64,000 bases of DNA from Lama guanicoe (lineage: Eukaryota). The position numbers were made by a program, and so were the translations under genes. The stretch covers positions 3,424,524 through 3,488,523 of the forward strand of contig MU053873.1 in NCBI GenBank assembly GCA_013239625.1, written 5' to 3'. This document shows positions 27,300-39,505 of the stretch, piece by piece. The notes under the pieces were generated by a model. The model did no database searches. It worked only from the letters and a program-made list of their open reading frames with translations, and was not told the origin of the DNA. Numbering within the stretch: the stretch's first letter is position 1; the number at the start of each line of letters is the position of its first letter.

Positions 27300-27873
27300 C
27301 TTAACTTTCTACTGCTGTGTAACAAAAATCCACCAACTAAGTGCCTTAAAAACAGCACTAATAAATACCTCCCAGTTCTGGAGGTCTGGCGTCTTGGTGG
27401 GCTCTGCTGGGTTTTCGGTTCAGGGGGCTCGCAAAGCCAAAATCAAGGTGTTGGCAAGCTGGGTTCTTATCTAGCGGCACCAGGGAGGAAGCTGCTTCCA
27501 AACTCATTGAGGTCGTGGGCAGAATGCAGTTCAGATGGCTGCAGGACTGAGGTCCCTGTGTCCCTGCTGTCTGTCATGGAAGGGTCACCCTCAGCTCCCA
27601 GAGAGCACTCACAATCCTTCTCAGGGGTCCCCTCCGTCTGCTAAGCTGGCAAGGGTATGTCCAATCTTCCCTGTGCTTCTGTCTCTCCGACTTCCTCTTC
27701 CGCTGCCGGCCCGAGGAGATTCTCCGCTTTCAAAGGGCTGGGGTGAGCAGAGCCAGCCCACCCAGAACACCACCTCGGTTACATCTGCAGCATCTCTTGC
27801 AGCCGGGTTACCCCTGGGAGTAACACCTGGAGGCAAACGTCCTGGGCGTTGGGCTTAGGAATCTGCCAACCAC
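27300..27873 (-). mobile_element. MLT1 (ERVL-MaLR) solo LTR inserted in an L1MC-type 3' region
   Basis: gctgtgtaacaaa...cttaaaaacagc...aaatcaaggtgttggca...aatctgccaaccaca terminus. Confidence 0.8.
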
Positions 27874-29179
27874 ACCTGACTGTCTTTAAAGGCAAATAAA
27901 CAGCCCTAGCTGATGTGTTAAAAGCAGTGGGAGCGATGGCGTCATGAGAAAACTCACCATTTTGTAACTTCCTAATAAAATAATCGATTTAGGCAAAGAT
28001 CGTCAGTGAAAATGAAACAGATGGCAGATGACAGCCGAACGAGGAACCGGCCGGCCGACCGCACCTGAGCCCACTTTAGGGAAGTGCCTGCAGAGCAACC
28101 CCTTCCTCTCCCGCGCCTCCCGCTACAAAGTCTGAACCTAACGCTGATCAAGCTGTCGGCACAGCAAGCTCCCCGTTTACAGGAAATTTAGGAAGCAGAA
28201 GCGCAATTTAAGTGACATCATCAAGAAGCAAAAAGAAAAATCCAGAATGTGGAGCACTCTACAATACAACCAGTTTCTTCAGTGCATCAGTTTCCTGGGG
28301 GGTGGGGGTGAGGTGCGGGGAATGGGGTGAGGTGCCTGTTCTAGATTAAAGGTGCATTACTACCAATTTCAATACAGATCCTGATTGCAGAAAACCAAGA
28401 GTTAAAGGACATTTTAACTTAATCAGAAAAATCTGAGTATAGACTCAGATTTAAAGAATCATCATTAAATATTAAGCTAAGACTCACCACTTTCATTGGT
28501 TAGGATAACCAACCCCTAGCTTACACCAGCCGGAAAATGGGAATGCCGCGGAGCAAAAAGAGGGACCAGACAGACAAGCCCCAGACACGTTAAATATAGA
28601 GAGCTCTGTCTCAACATAATGACAGATCTGTGCCGGGCGCATTTACCTTGTCCCCACCCCCAGCCCATCACTGTTCTCTCCTGTGACCTTCCAAGTTTAA
28701 CCTTGGCCCCCTCCCCCGACCGGCTCACCGGCTCCAAGCTTAGGAGTCAGGAGGAAGGAAAGGAGTTATTTACCTATCTCAACCAAGTTTCGTTTTTTTA
28801 ACGGCTTAATTGAGATCAAAGTCACAGACCATCAGTGCCCAGTGAAGCTGCTCTCAGGGAAGGATCTGTGAGGCTGGAGTTAATGCCATTAGAGGCAGAG
28901 ATCAAAGGCTCCTGGGTCGGCTTCAGGTGAGGGTTTAATCGCAACAATGATGGAAAAGAGGCGTTTGGGGCTTGCGTGTTGGGGTGGGGGCCGGGCGGCA
29001 GACCGGCAAGGGGTTGACAGAAGGGAGAGCAAGGAGCAGAAACCACAAAGAGAGAGAGTCCTCGATGCATTTCAGACACTGGAAGCAAGGCAGGCTGGTC
29101 ACAACCCCCCGGATGTCTTAGTAACGACTTCAGGGAACCACTTGCTCAAATGACACGTTAAAAGATACCTTCCTCTCAC

Positions 29180-29625
29180 AGTGGCGTTATTCATAAGAGC
29201 CAAAAAGTGGAAGCAATCAGCAGACGAATGGATAAACAAAGCATGGCATATCCACACAGTGGAGTATTACCAAGTACAAAAAGGAACTTGGTCCTGATAC
29301 ACACGCTACAGCGTGGACGGACCCCGAAAACAGCGGGCTGTGCGAAGCCAGACGCAAACGGCCACGTATTATACGAGTCCGTTGATGTGGAGTGTCCAAC
29401 GCAGGCAACTCCAAGGAGGAAGAAATTAGATCCGTGCCATCTGGGGGCTGAGGGGCAGGGGGAGAGTGGCGAGGGTCTGCGGGCGGGTACGGAGTTGCTT
29501 TCTGGGCTGTTGAAACGTTCTACTGTGGGATGGTCGCACAACTCTGTGGAAACCCACTGAACTGTATACAGGAAATGGGTGAATGTTATGCTATATAAAT
29601 ATATCTCGACATAGCTGTAAAACAT
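29180..29625 (+). mobile_element. Old L1 3' end (L1MB-type), strongly GC-shifted
   Basis: Colinear with 26140-26620: ttattcataagagccaaaaagtggaagcaa...cactgaactgtatac...atatctcgac. Confidence 0.8.
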
Positions 29626-29641
29626 TCTTGAAAGTTTCAGT

Positions 29642-29783
29642 AGGGTGGGGTATCGCTCAGTGGCAGAGCCTGTGCTCAGCAGGCACAAGGTCCTGGGTTC
29701 CACCCCCAGTACCCCCAGTAAATAAACTAACTAACTAACTAACTAACTGACCTAATTACCTGCCCCTCCAAAAAGAAAAAAAG
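29642..29783 (+). mobile_element. tRNA-derived SINE (Vic-1-like), diverged, with (ACTA)n in the tail
   Basis: ggggtatcgctcagtggcagag...gtcctgggttccacccccag...cctaattacc, homologous to the 7645 copy. Confidence 0.85.
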
Positions 29784-31686
29784 TTTTTGTTTAAGTAACA
29801 GAGAATTCCTTTTTTCCCTTTCCTCCCAAAGACACAGAGTTTCTCAGTCTTGTTATCATGACAGTTTTGTTTTCTGGGTTTTTTTTTTTTTTTTTTTAAT
29901 AGATGGCAGTTAACCAAACACCATGAAAGCAACGAGAAGCAATAAAGGATGAGATGGAAACCAAATCTGCTCCCCCACCAAATCATGATGATCAGGATGA
30001 AATGTCTCCACCTGGAGAGGGGCCATCAGCCCCATGCGCCGTCCGCAGAGCGGGCCTGATTCTCCACGGCACCCACCCACCTTCTGACCGCTGTATTTTG
30101 TGGGTTATCACAGAAGCCGTATCTACAGAAGACTGCCTTCATAGATGGCTAATTTCTGACAAAAAGTCATTCACAAAAATCTAGGGACTTTCCACACCAA
30201 TTTCTGCTTTACTTGAACAAAACAAGTCACCATAACTCTTTCTAAAAATTAAAAAAAAAATCTATCTGGCTTTTATTGGGTGACCCTCTACAGTATATTT
30301 TACAGTCATGGTTGCCTTTCCAAGAGTCTTTGAAGAACTATCAGAGAAGGAGAATGTCAGATCAGAACAAGTCACTTCACCGACCTAAGTCTACACCTCC
30401 TTACCTGTAAATGGAAGGGGGACCTGGAATTACCTCAGAGAATATTCAGTCTCGAGTGGGTCAGTCAGTCCGTGTCTATGAATCACGGACCGAGAAATAA
30501 ATGCAGACGTAGAGTTCTGGGAAACTTTGGTAGGACCTTAACTCCTTGCAGTTTTAATTTCCTCTAGGATTAAATTAATTTACAAACTGAGACATAGTTC
30601 CTCTATAAACTTCGTGTGAATAGTTATGAGAGGCAAACAAGATGCAAAGAGAGAAAAAGAACTTCCTAGTTTTATATCAGCTACGCTGTTTCCATGTAAA
30701 AACCCCAGCGTTATCTGCTTATGACATCACTAAGGGCAAATTTACCTTGTAGCCAGCTAGGAGGTCGAATGATGGGTCCTATCTTTGAGAATAAAGTGCT
30801 TTTTAGGAAATTGCTAACAGCATGAAATGATTTGGGGGAATGGGAGGAAAAATGCAGACGACGTTCTCATCTAACCCGGCCAACAGTCACCTCTAAACAA
30901 ACTGCAGCCTTTCAGAAGGCAGGTGAGAAAATACTACACTTCATCCCTTTGTGGGCCTTGAAGTTCCCACTAAGGCAATTCCTGTCCTGTCCCAGTTTCT
31001 CTGGGGCACTAACCGTCGGTAACCACGGAGCACTCCTGCACAACCACACATCTGCACAGGCCAAGACTAGCACCAGCCAGAGAGCATCGGCCAGTGAGCG
31101 ATGGGTCCTTGAGCTCTGTGTACACGACAGGGAGTCCTGGGGACCTGCTAAGTAGAGATTCCAAATGGAACCAAGAGAGTGAGAGTAACTGATGTGGAAC
31201 TGACAACCATGAGTGCCATAAGAAACCCATAATCCCGTGAAAGCTCATCAGCCCCCCACTTTGGAAGGAGACAGCCAACCACGAGAGTGGGGTGGTGCTT
31301 GTGAAGACACACGCCAACGCCCTGTGATCACGGAAAGTTCGAGAACAGTCAGAGAAGCTGCAGACCTCAGATTCAGGTCTGAACAGAGAGGGTTTCTTTC
31401 TGGTAACCAATGCCCAGTCCTTTGATTTGGGGAGCCCCCCCCACCTCCCAAACTGCCTTAAAACCTAGAGTCAAACGATTCTGTTTCCCAATAGCTTACT
31501 GACAAGAGATATTACCGGGAATATAAGTAACCAATTAGCATCTTACGAATTACACACAATCTCCTTCATTCCCAGCTGGAGCTATAAAGCCTGTAAAAGC
31601 AGGAGGGGCTGCATTTATACACTTCTGCAGGGATACCCGATACCACTACTAGAATTACAGTTTGCCAAACAAACGAGCAGACTTAC

Positions 31687-31763
31687 CAATTTTCTGATTA
31701 AAAATCTTATCAAAGGTGATTTCATGTCTCTCCTCCAGATACTTCTGCATCACACTCCGGATA
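31687..31763 (-). CDS. GRK3: GRK3 coding exon 2 (77 nt)
   Basis: Acceptor ttactcttctcttctag| and donor ATTG|gtaagt. In frame with exon 1 it reads (S)[25 protein letters not shown](G). [10 protein letters not shown] is GRK3-type, whereas GRK2 has EVTFEKIFSQ. Confidence 0.97.
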
Positions 31764-32099
31764 CTAGAAGAGAAGAGTAACACGGGTTTAACAATGACAG
31801 CCTGCGTCACACGCAACCACCCCTAGAATGGCAAGTACGCAGATGTCTTTATGCAAGGAAACTTGCTTGACGAGAGACCCCTGGTACTGACCTCCGTGAC
31901 TGCGTGACCGGCTGACTAAATTTCAAGCTGGAAACGTCACAGCTGCAGCTAGGACCCTCTCCTGTGACTCGGGGCCAAACTTACACATACGAAAAATAAC
32001 TTGAGGACTTTGGGAAAGCTCTCACTCAACACCACCACTTTCCAAAAATATTAAAAGCGTGCACACACACGTGACAAATTCTGCTAATCGATTAATGAG

Positions 32100-32750
32100 T
32101 TTCCTTCTAAAGCAAAAGCAAATGTTCCCCAGATGTATGATTAATATTAAAAAAAAAACACATTTCTATATCAGTGATAAACCATGAGAAAGCTTAATTA
32201 GAAGGAAGATTTTGCTTATGATAGAAATAAGAAACACCAAATGCCTTAAAATAAATCTTGCAAAATATGTGCAGGGAGGAACGTTACAGGGAGGTTGCAA
32301 AATTGTACTGAGAGACGTTGAAGAAGATCTTAATGTAAAGATACACCAGTTAGGAACAGGCAGATTTAATATTGCAAAAACTCAAAGTCTACCCCCGATT
32401 CATGAATAAAATCAATTAAGATCCCAAACAATATTTCAACAGGATTTTTCCTAGAACACAGAAACAGACAAGCTCTTTATAAAATGTATGCAAAACAATG
32501 CAGGCTTAAGAACAGCCAAGACATTTCTGAAGGGAAAAAATGACAACAGGGCTTATTATGAAGCTAAGATAATTAAGACAGGATAAACAAACTGATCAAT
32601 AAAATGGAACAGAACGCCCATAAACTGACCCACACATACATGGAACTTTGACACGGAATAAAGTGGCAAGGCAGACAAATGGGGAAAGGAGGAATCATTC
32701 AATAAGTGAACCCCAAAAGCAATTACCCGAATAGACAAAGTAGGAATTAA
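32100..32750 (+). mobile_element. Old L1 ORF2 fragment
   Basis: gagagacgttgaagaagatct; gatcaataaaatggaacagaa; gacccacacatacatgg. Confidence 0.7.
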
Positions 32751-32797
32751 ATCTCTGTCATCCACTGATGGGCAGCAATTTGGCATTATCCCCCCCA

Positions 32798-35480
32798 TTT
32801 TTTTTTTTTTTTACTTTTTGAAACAAACTAATTGGTATAGGTTTAACTGATATGTAATTAAGTACATATTTAAGTGTACCATTAAATGAGCTTTTCACAT
32901 ATAATACTCACCCAATCAAGACATCAAATATTTCCCTCACCCCCAAAAGGTGCTCCTTGGCAATCAATCTCCCCATATTCTAGGATCCAGGCAACTACTG
33001 ATCTCCTTTCTGTTAATACGGACGACTTGCTGCAGTTTTAGAATTTTGTGTAAATAAAATCATACAATATGTTGTATATTGTGTCTGGCTTCTTTCACTC
33101 GGCATAAACAAGCTTCCGCCATATTGTTGCGTGCGTAAGTATTTAGCTCTTTCTTATTGCCAAGTGGTGTGTCATTGTATGAATATTCTACCATTTGTTT
33201 ATCTGTTCATCTGTTGATAGACATTTGGGTTGTTTCCAGTTTGGGGCTATTATAAATAAAGCTGCTTTAAACATTTGTGTATAAATCATTTCATGGGCAT
33301 GTGTTTTTATTTTTCACGGGTAAATATCTACAAGTGAAATTGGCAGTCATATGGTAAGTTGTATTTAACATTATGAGAAACCGCTGAACCATATTCCAAG
33401 CTGGTCGTAGGATTTTACATTCCCACCAACAACGTATGACTGTTCGAGTGGCTCCACATCCCCTGCCAATACTTCGGTTGTCAGTCTTTTTAGCTTTAAC
33501 CACTCTGTCGGGTGTAGAGTAGCATTTGATTTAGTTTGTATTTTAATTTGCATTTCTCTAATGGATGGTGATGGAGAACGTCTTTGGACATGATTATTGG
33601 GATATATACATCTCTTCTTTCGTGAGGTGTGTAGTGAAATCGTTTGCTTATCTTTTAGTTGAGTTGTTAGTCTTATTATTCAGTTGTAAAATTTCTTTAC
33701 ACAGCTGGGGAACAATCCGATGACAAATTGATGCGAGGATAATATTTTCTCCAGGTCTGCACCTTGCCTTTTCACTTCCTTCACGAAGTCCTTCTAAGAG
33801 TGCAAGTGTTTCGTGGATGAGTTCCAATGTGTTGGTTATTTCTTTGGCGGACAGGCCGCTAAGAAATTTCTCACATTTCAAGGTCCTGAAGATTTTAACC
33901 TGTATTCTCCTTTAGAAATTTTAAAGTTTAGATTTTATGTTTAGGTCTGAGCTCCATTTCAGGTTAATTTTTGTGTATGACGCAAGGTAAGAATCAGGGT
34001 TCTTTTTTGCCTTATAACATCTAATTGTTATCGTACCAGCTGTTGAATGAACTATCCTTTCCCCATTGAATTATCCTGGCATCTTTGTTGATTCAACACT
34101 AAATATGTATAGTGAAAAAGAATATGAAAACGAATGTATGTGTGCATATTTATGACTAAAACATTATGCTGTACACCAGAAATAATTGACACATTGTAAA
34201 CTGACTATACTCCAATTAAAAAAAAAGCCACTAAATATATGTAAGTCTATCTTTGGACTGTACTGTTACACTGACCTATATATCTAACTATCCTTATAAA
34301 AATACTGTATTATCTTGATTGCTTTAGGTTTAGTATGTCTTGAAATCAGGCCATCTAAGTCTTCCAAACTTTGTTTTATTGCATTTGGTTTTGTTATTTG
34401 TTTTTCTGGCTATCCTAGGTTCACTGCCTGTAAGTTTTTTAAATCAACATGGAAGTTTCTTCCCAGGAAAAAGCCTGCTGACACTTTGACGGGGATTTTG
34501 TTGAACCAACTTGGGGGACATTAACCTGTTAATAATATTAAGTGTACAATGTATAAATATGACATGGTTCTCCATTTATCTAAGTCTTCTTTAATTTCTC
34601 TTATTACTATGTTATAGCTTTCAGTGTGCAAGTCTTGTTCTTTTCTTATAATAGCTTCTCTGGTTTTGGTATCAGGATAATGTGGTTCATAAAGTAAGAT
34701 GGGACTCATTCCTTTTTATTTAATTTAATTCAAAATTAAATTGAATTTAATAATAAAGTAATAATAAAGAGTTGGTGTAAGACAGTATTAATTCTTCCTT
34801 AAATGTTTGCTAGAACTCATCAGTGAAGCCATCTTAGCCTCAAATTTTCTTTGTGGGAAGGTTTTTAATTACAAATTCCATTTCTTTCACAGACACAGGG
34901 CTAGTCATATTTTCTGTTTCTTCTTGTATTGGTATTTCGTATTGATAACTTCTATCTTTTAAGGAGTTTGTCTATTTCATCTAAGTTGTCAGATTACTGA
35001 AAGTTGATCGTATTTCCTCACTGTTTTTTCAATGCAAGATTGAGTGATAGTTCTTCACTCTTTGTTGTTAAACTGTGTTTTTTTTCCTCGATCAGTCCAG
35101 CTAGAGGTTTATCAATTGTATTGATTATTACTTTTTGTTTCATTTTCTTCTACTATTTATACTTTTTATCTTTCATTGGTTTCCACTTTTTGTTATTTAA
35201 ATGCTTTTAATTACCATGAGATTAATTTGCCCCTTTTCTAACTTCTAAAAAAGCCAGATGAATGAATTTAAATGTTTCTAATATAACCATTTAATGTTAT
35301 AAAACTTCCTCTAGGCCTTGACTTAGCTGTATCTCACAGACATTAAGTCTGTTTTCATTTTCATTCAACTCAACTTTAATATTTCTCTTAATATTTCTTC
35401 CTTGAACTGGGTGGACCCATTTCTAGATATTTGAAGATTTCCAGGTATCTTTCTGTTATTGAATTTTGGTTTAATTCTGC
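32798..35480 (-). mobile_element. Old L1 (3'UTR plus ORF2 fragments), antisense on the + strand
   Basis: Poly-T followed by gatagacatttgggttgtttccagtttggggctatt, ttacattcccaccaac and cagtgaagccatct. Confidence 0.85.
34110..34227 (+). mobile_element. Very short young L1 3' end nested in an older L1
   Basis: gaaaaagaatatgaaaacgaat...actgactatactccaattaaaaaaaa, with cactaaatat on both flanks. Confidence 0.8.
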
Positions 35481-36249
35481 TCTTCAGAAGCCACTGGAGA
35501 GAATTAAAAGACAAGCCACAGACTGAGAGAAAATGCTGGCAAGTCATATATTTGATTAAGGAACTGTATCCAGCATATATAAAGGTCTTTCAAAGCTCAA
35601 GAATAACAAATCAAACAACCCAGTAAAAAACAATGGGCAAGTGATGTGAACAGACGTATCACCCAAGAAGACATGTGGATGGCAAATAAGCATATGAAGA
35701 GCTGCCCCACGTTAGTCACTGGGAAAAGGCAAATTAAAATCACAACAAGATATTACTACATACCTACTCGAGTAGCTAAAATTAGAAAAGACTGACCATA
35801 CCACCCACTGGCAAGGATGTAGAATGACTAGAATTCCTATACACTGCTAGCGGGAATATAAAAGGAAACACTTCGGAAAACAACGGGGCAGTTTCATAAT
35901 AAGTTAAACATAAACCACGATATAATCCATCAATTCCATTCCTAGAGAAATGAGAGCATCCACTCGTACAGAGGCTCGTACATGAATATTCTCAGCAGCT
36001 TTATTTGTGATGATCAAACACTGGAAACAACCCAAATGTCCACAGTGGGTGAATGAATGGTCAGGTATGAGTGGATATCCATATAATGAAATAATATTCA
36101 GCAATAAAAAGGAAATAATTTATTGCTACAACATGGTTGGATCTCAAAATAATTATTCTGAGTAAAAGGAAACAGATTCATTAAAAAAAAAGACTACATA
36201 TAGTTTGATTACAAAGAAGCAGGAACAAATTTTAGAGACGATATATACA

Positions 36250-37155
36250 TAGAAAAATAAAAAATAGCTACATTTGGTCTTTGTCCCAGTTCTTGGCACA
36301 GAGCTCCTAAAAGCCGTGGAATTTCCTGACTGATAGGAATGTCTTATCCGTAAGGAGCCCTTTTCATCCATACCTGAGTTTATGCAAATGAGGTGACTTG
36401 GAAGGTCCTTAGATAACCTCAGGATAGGGCTGGTTGCTAGAGGAGCCAACCACGTGATGAGAGGGTTGGAACTTCCAGCCCCACCACCTGACTTCCAGGA
36501 GGCTAGAGACAGAGCTCAATCACCAATAGCCAATGTTGTAACAAATTGTGCCTGTGTGATGAAACTTCAATAAAAACTCTAGAACTAGGAGGTCTGGAGA
36601 GCTTCCAGGTTGGTGAAACCACTGATGTGCTGGGAGGGTGGTACTTCTGGATGGAGTATGGAAGCCCTGTACTCCACCCCTTCCCATAGGACCTTGCCCT
36701 ATGCAACAACCACTGTGTAGTTCCTGAGTTGTACCCTTTATAATTAAACTAATCACAGGCATAGGGCTTTCTTGAGTTCTGTGAGTTGTTCTAGTGAAAT
36801 AGCAAACCTAAGAAGGTCATGGTTGGGGGAAGGTACAGCTCAAGTGGTAGAGCACATGTTTAGCATGCACAAGGTCCTGGGTTCAATCCCCAATACCTCC
36901 TCTAAAAAGTAAATTAAAAATTCATCAATAAACCTAATTACCACTCTCCAAAAAAGAAGGTCATGGGAACGTCCAAATTTGTTGTCAGTCAGGTAGAAAT
37001 GCAGACAGACTGAGGACACAGTTTGCAGCTAGCATCTGAAGTGGGGGCAGTCTTGTGGGACTGAGCCCTTAACCTGGGGGTCTGCCCCCACTCTGGGTAG
37101 TTAGTGTCAGAACTGAACTGAATTGTAGGGCACCCAGTTGGTATCACAGAATTGA
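36250..37155. mobile_element. MER21-like LTR element
   Basis: ggtctttgtcccagttcttggcacagagctcctaaa...tctgaagtgggggcagtcttgtgggactgagcccttaacc...gtgtcagaactgaactgaattgtag matches recalled MER21 consensus. Confidence 0.8.
36823..36953 (+). mobile_element. tRNA-derived SINE (Vic-1-like) with 13-bp TSD, inserted into MER21
   Basis: A and B boxes present. TSD aagaaggtcatgg at 36810-36822 and 36954-36966. Confidence 0.9.
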
Positions 37156-37294
37156 AAACTGTTGGAAGACAACATAATGTATATGTTCATTATCTTAATT
37201 TTGGTACTGGTTTAATACTTATAGACAAACTACCAAATTGGACACTTGAAATATGTGTAGTTTATGTTAATTACATCTCAATAAAGCTGGGGTG

Positions 37295-37333
37295 TTATTA
37301 TTATTATGATTATGATTATGATTATGATTATGA
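37295..37333 (+). repeat. (TTA)n to (TGATTA)n microsatellite
   Basis: ttattattattatgattatgattatgattatgattatgat. Confidence 0.9.
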
Positions 37334-37827
37334 TAGAAGGATGAAAACAGCAAAGCCCTGGGTGTGGGAAAACTCTACACAATAGATGACCCCATTTCTC
37401 CAACAAAAAACTTCAAGAGGGAAAATGATAGGGAACCTACAGTTTAAAAAAGGCTTAAAAGAAATAGCAATCAGACAAAACATATAGATCTTATTTGAAA
37501 CTCAACTCAAGGAAAAACAAATTCTTGAAAAAAAAATTGAAGAAATGTGAATAGATTGAATATTTTATATTAGTTAAGTATTCCTTTCTTTAGCAGTGGC
37601 AATGTGTTATGCTCATGTTTGGCATTTTAGCAGCGCTTATCTTTTAGAAATACAGATGAAATGATATACCACGTCTAAGTATGCTTCAAAATAATCTAAA
37701 GGAAAGTAAAAGGTATGGATGGAACAAGATTGGCGATGTGCTGATAACTCATGAAGCTGAGCAATGATGACATAAATTTGATTGTATGATTCTCTGCTGT
37801 ATATGCTTGAAATTTTCATTGTAGAAA

Positions 37828-37945
37828 GTTTTTTTTAATTCCTCTTTTTTAAATTTTTATTTTTAAGGGAGGTACTGGGGATTGAACCCAGGACCTCACG
37901 CATGCTAAGCACGCACTCTACCTCTGAACTATACCGTCCCCCACC
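37828..37945 (-). mobile_element. tRNA-derived SINE (Vic-1-like), short form
   Basis: Reverse complement of the SINE head (ggggattgaacccaggacc...gaactataccgtcccc), preceded by a T-rich tail. Confidence 0.85.
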
Positions 37946-38944
37946 CAAAGTAGTTTAAAGACCAGCCACCAGGTATCTGCTCTCTACTGGCCAAAGGCAG
38001 GACAGCAAGATAGCTCCCATTATTAAGTCTTTGCATTCTGTGTGAAGTTTAATTCTGTTGAACTCTGATGTCCAAACTAAAATGCATCTAGACAAATCTT
38101 TCAAATAATATGTAACATACCACCTAAAAAACACTAGTAGCACATATGGTGGTTGTAAAGATCTATCAAGGTGGCTTTCTTGGAAGCACCACCCAAATAA
38201 GAGCTGTTACCTGTTTCGACCATCAAGAAACCCAAAAAGCAGAACATTTTTTTTTTTTAAGATAGGATGACTAAGCAGTCATCCCTAGATTCAAGTCTCT
38301 CAAAAGGAAACCGCTTTCTTCCATGTGTAGTTACTAAATGTTTTCCACTAACTATTCATTAAATACCCGAAATAGAGCTACATTATCCAGAGTCACGGTA
38401 AAAACTTTACCACTGGATTGAAAACCACCAAATTCCGCCAGATAGAAACTCTGAAGAGGTCTTTAAACGCAGCTGGTGCAATGTTGCTGTCAGCTCTTCC
38501 CGAGGTGCCGAGGTTCACCAGATCTTTGGCAGAAAAGTCTTGCATGTAATTTGCATAGCATTAAACAACTCCCCATGAGACAGTCTATATTCAGGAGATC
38601 ACAACCCAATTAAGCTAAATGTGAATTCCTTTGTGTTTTTTCCTCCCATATTTTGACAATTCCCATCCTGTTGGTAATGCCATTTCCTCTGTAATATACT
38701 ACATGATATTAAAATGACACTAAACATAATTGAATTTCATTGACCAAAACAAAACCCCGCCATACACAAAAGTCACCCCCGAACAGATACAACTCGAGGG
38801 ATGAACAAATAAATGTATGGCGTCATCAGGTTTATCTCATCAAAGCTACTAAAACCTTGTGATCTAAACCGTCCCTTCAAATTGGTTACAAGAATCATTT
38901 TAGAATCCATTTACTTTTCTTTCTTTAACATTTGACATCAACTG

Positions 38945-39505
38945 AACTTAAATTAAAAAGCAAACAAGCAAACAACCAGTCCATTTACAGTAAGGGCAGA
39001 ACTGAAGAGACATTTTTCCAAAAGAGGAAATGCAGATGGCCAACAGGAACATGAGAAGTTGCTCAACATCACTAATATCAGGGAAGTGCAAATCAAAATC
39101 ACAATGAGATATCATCTCACACGTGTCAGAATGGCCATCATCAAAAAGAACACAAATAACAAATGTTGGCAAGGGTGTGGAGAAAAGGGAACCCTCACAC
39201 ACTGTTGGTAGGAATGTAAATTGGTGCAGCCACTATGGAAAACAATATGGTGGTTTCTCAAACACCCAAAAATAGAACCACCATACGGCCCAGCAATTCC
39301 ACTCTTGGGCATATATCCAATAAAAACAAAAACATTAATTCAAAAAGATACATACACCCTGCTATTAACAGCAACAGTACTTATAATTGCCAAAGTATGG
39401 AAGCATCCTGATTGCACATCAATAGATGAACGGATAAAGAAGATGCAGTAGATATATGTAATGGAATACAAGTCACCCATAAAAAAGGACATTTTGCCAT
39501 TTGCG
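38945..39505 (+). mobile_element. Younger L1 ORF2 C-terminal fragment
   Basis: Peptide [33 protein letters not shown] (ORF 39221-39451) is the L1 ORF2 C-terminal region. Confidence 0.9.

Larger units (their letters stand above)
35490..37290 (+). mobile_element. Old L1 3' end split by a MER21 LTR
   Basis: aaagacaagccacagactgagagaaa...ctggaaacaacccaaatgtcc. Resumes at ~37155 and ends catctcaataaagctg. Confidence 0.8.

Noticed and set aside
30400..30565. Strong minus-strand donor CAG|gtaagg at 30404 suggesting a cassette exon
   Set aside because: It lies in MIR-like sequence (ccttacctgtaaatgg), has only a weak upstream acceptor and encodes no GRK-like peptide.
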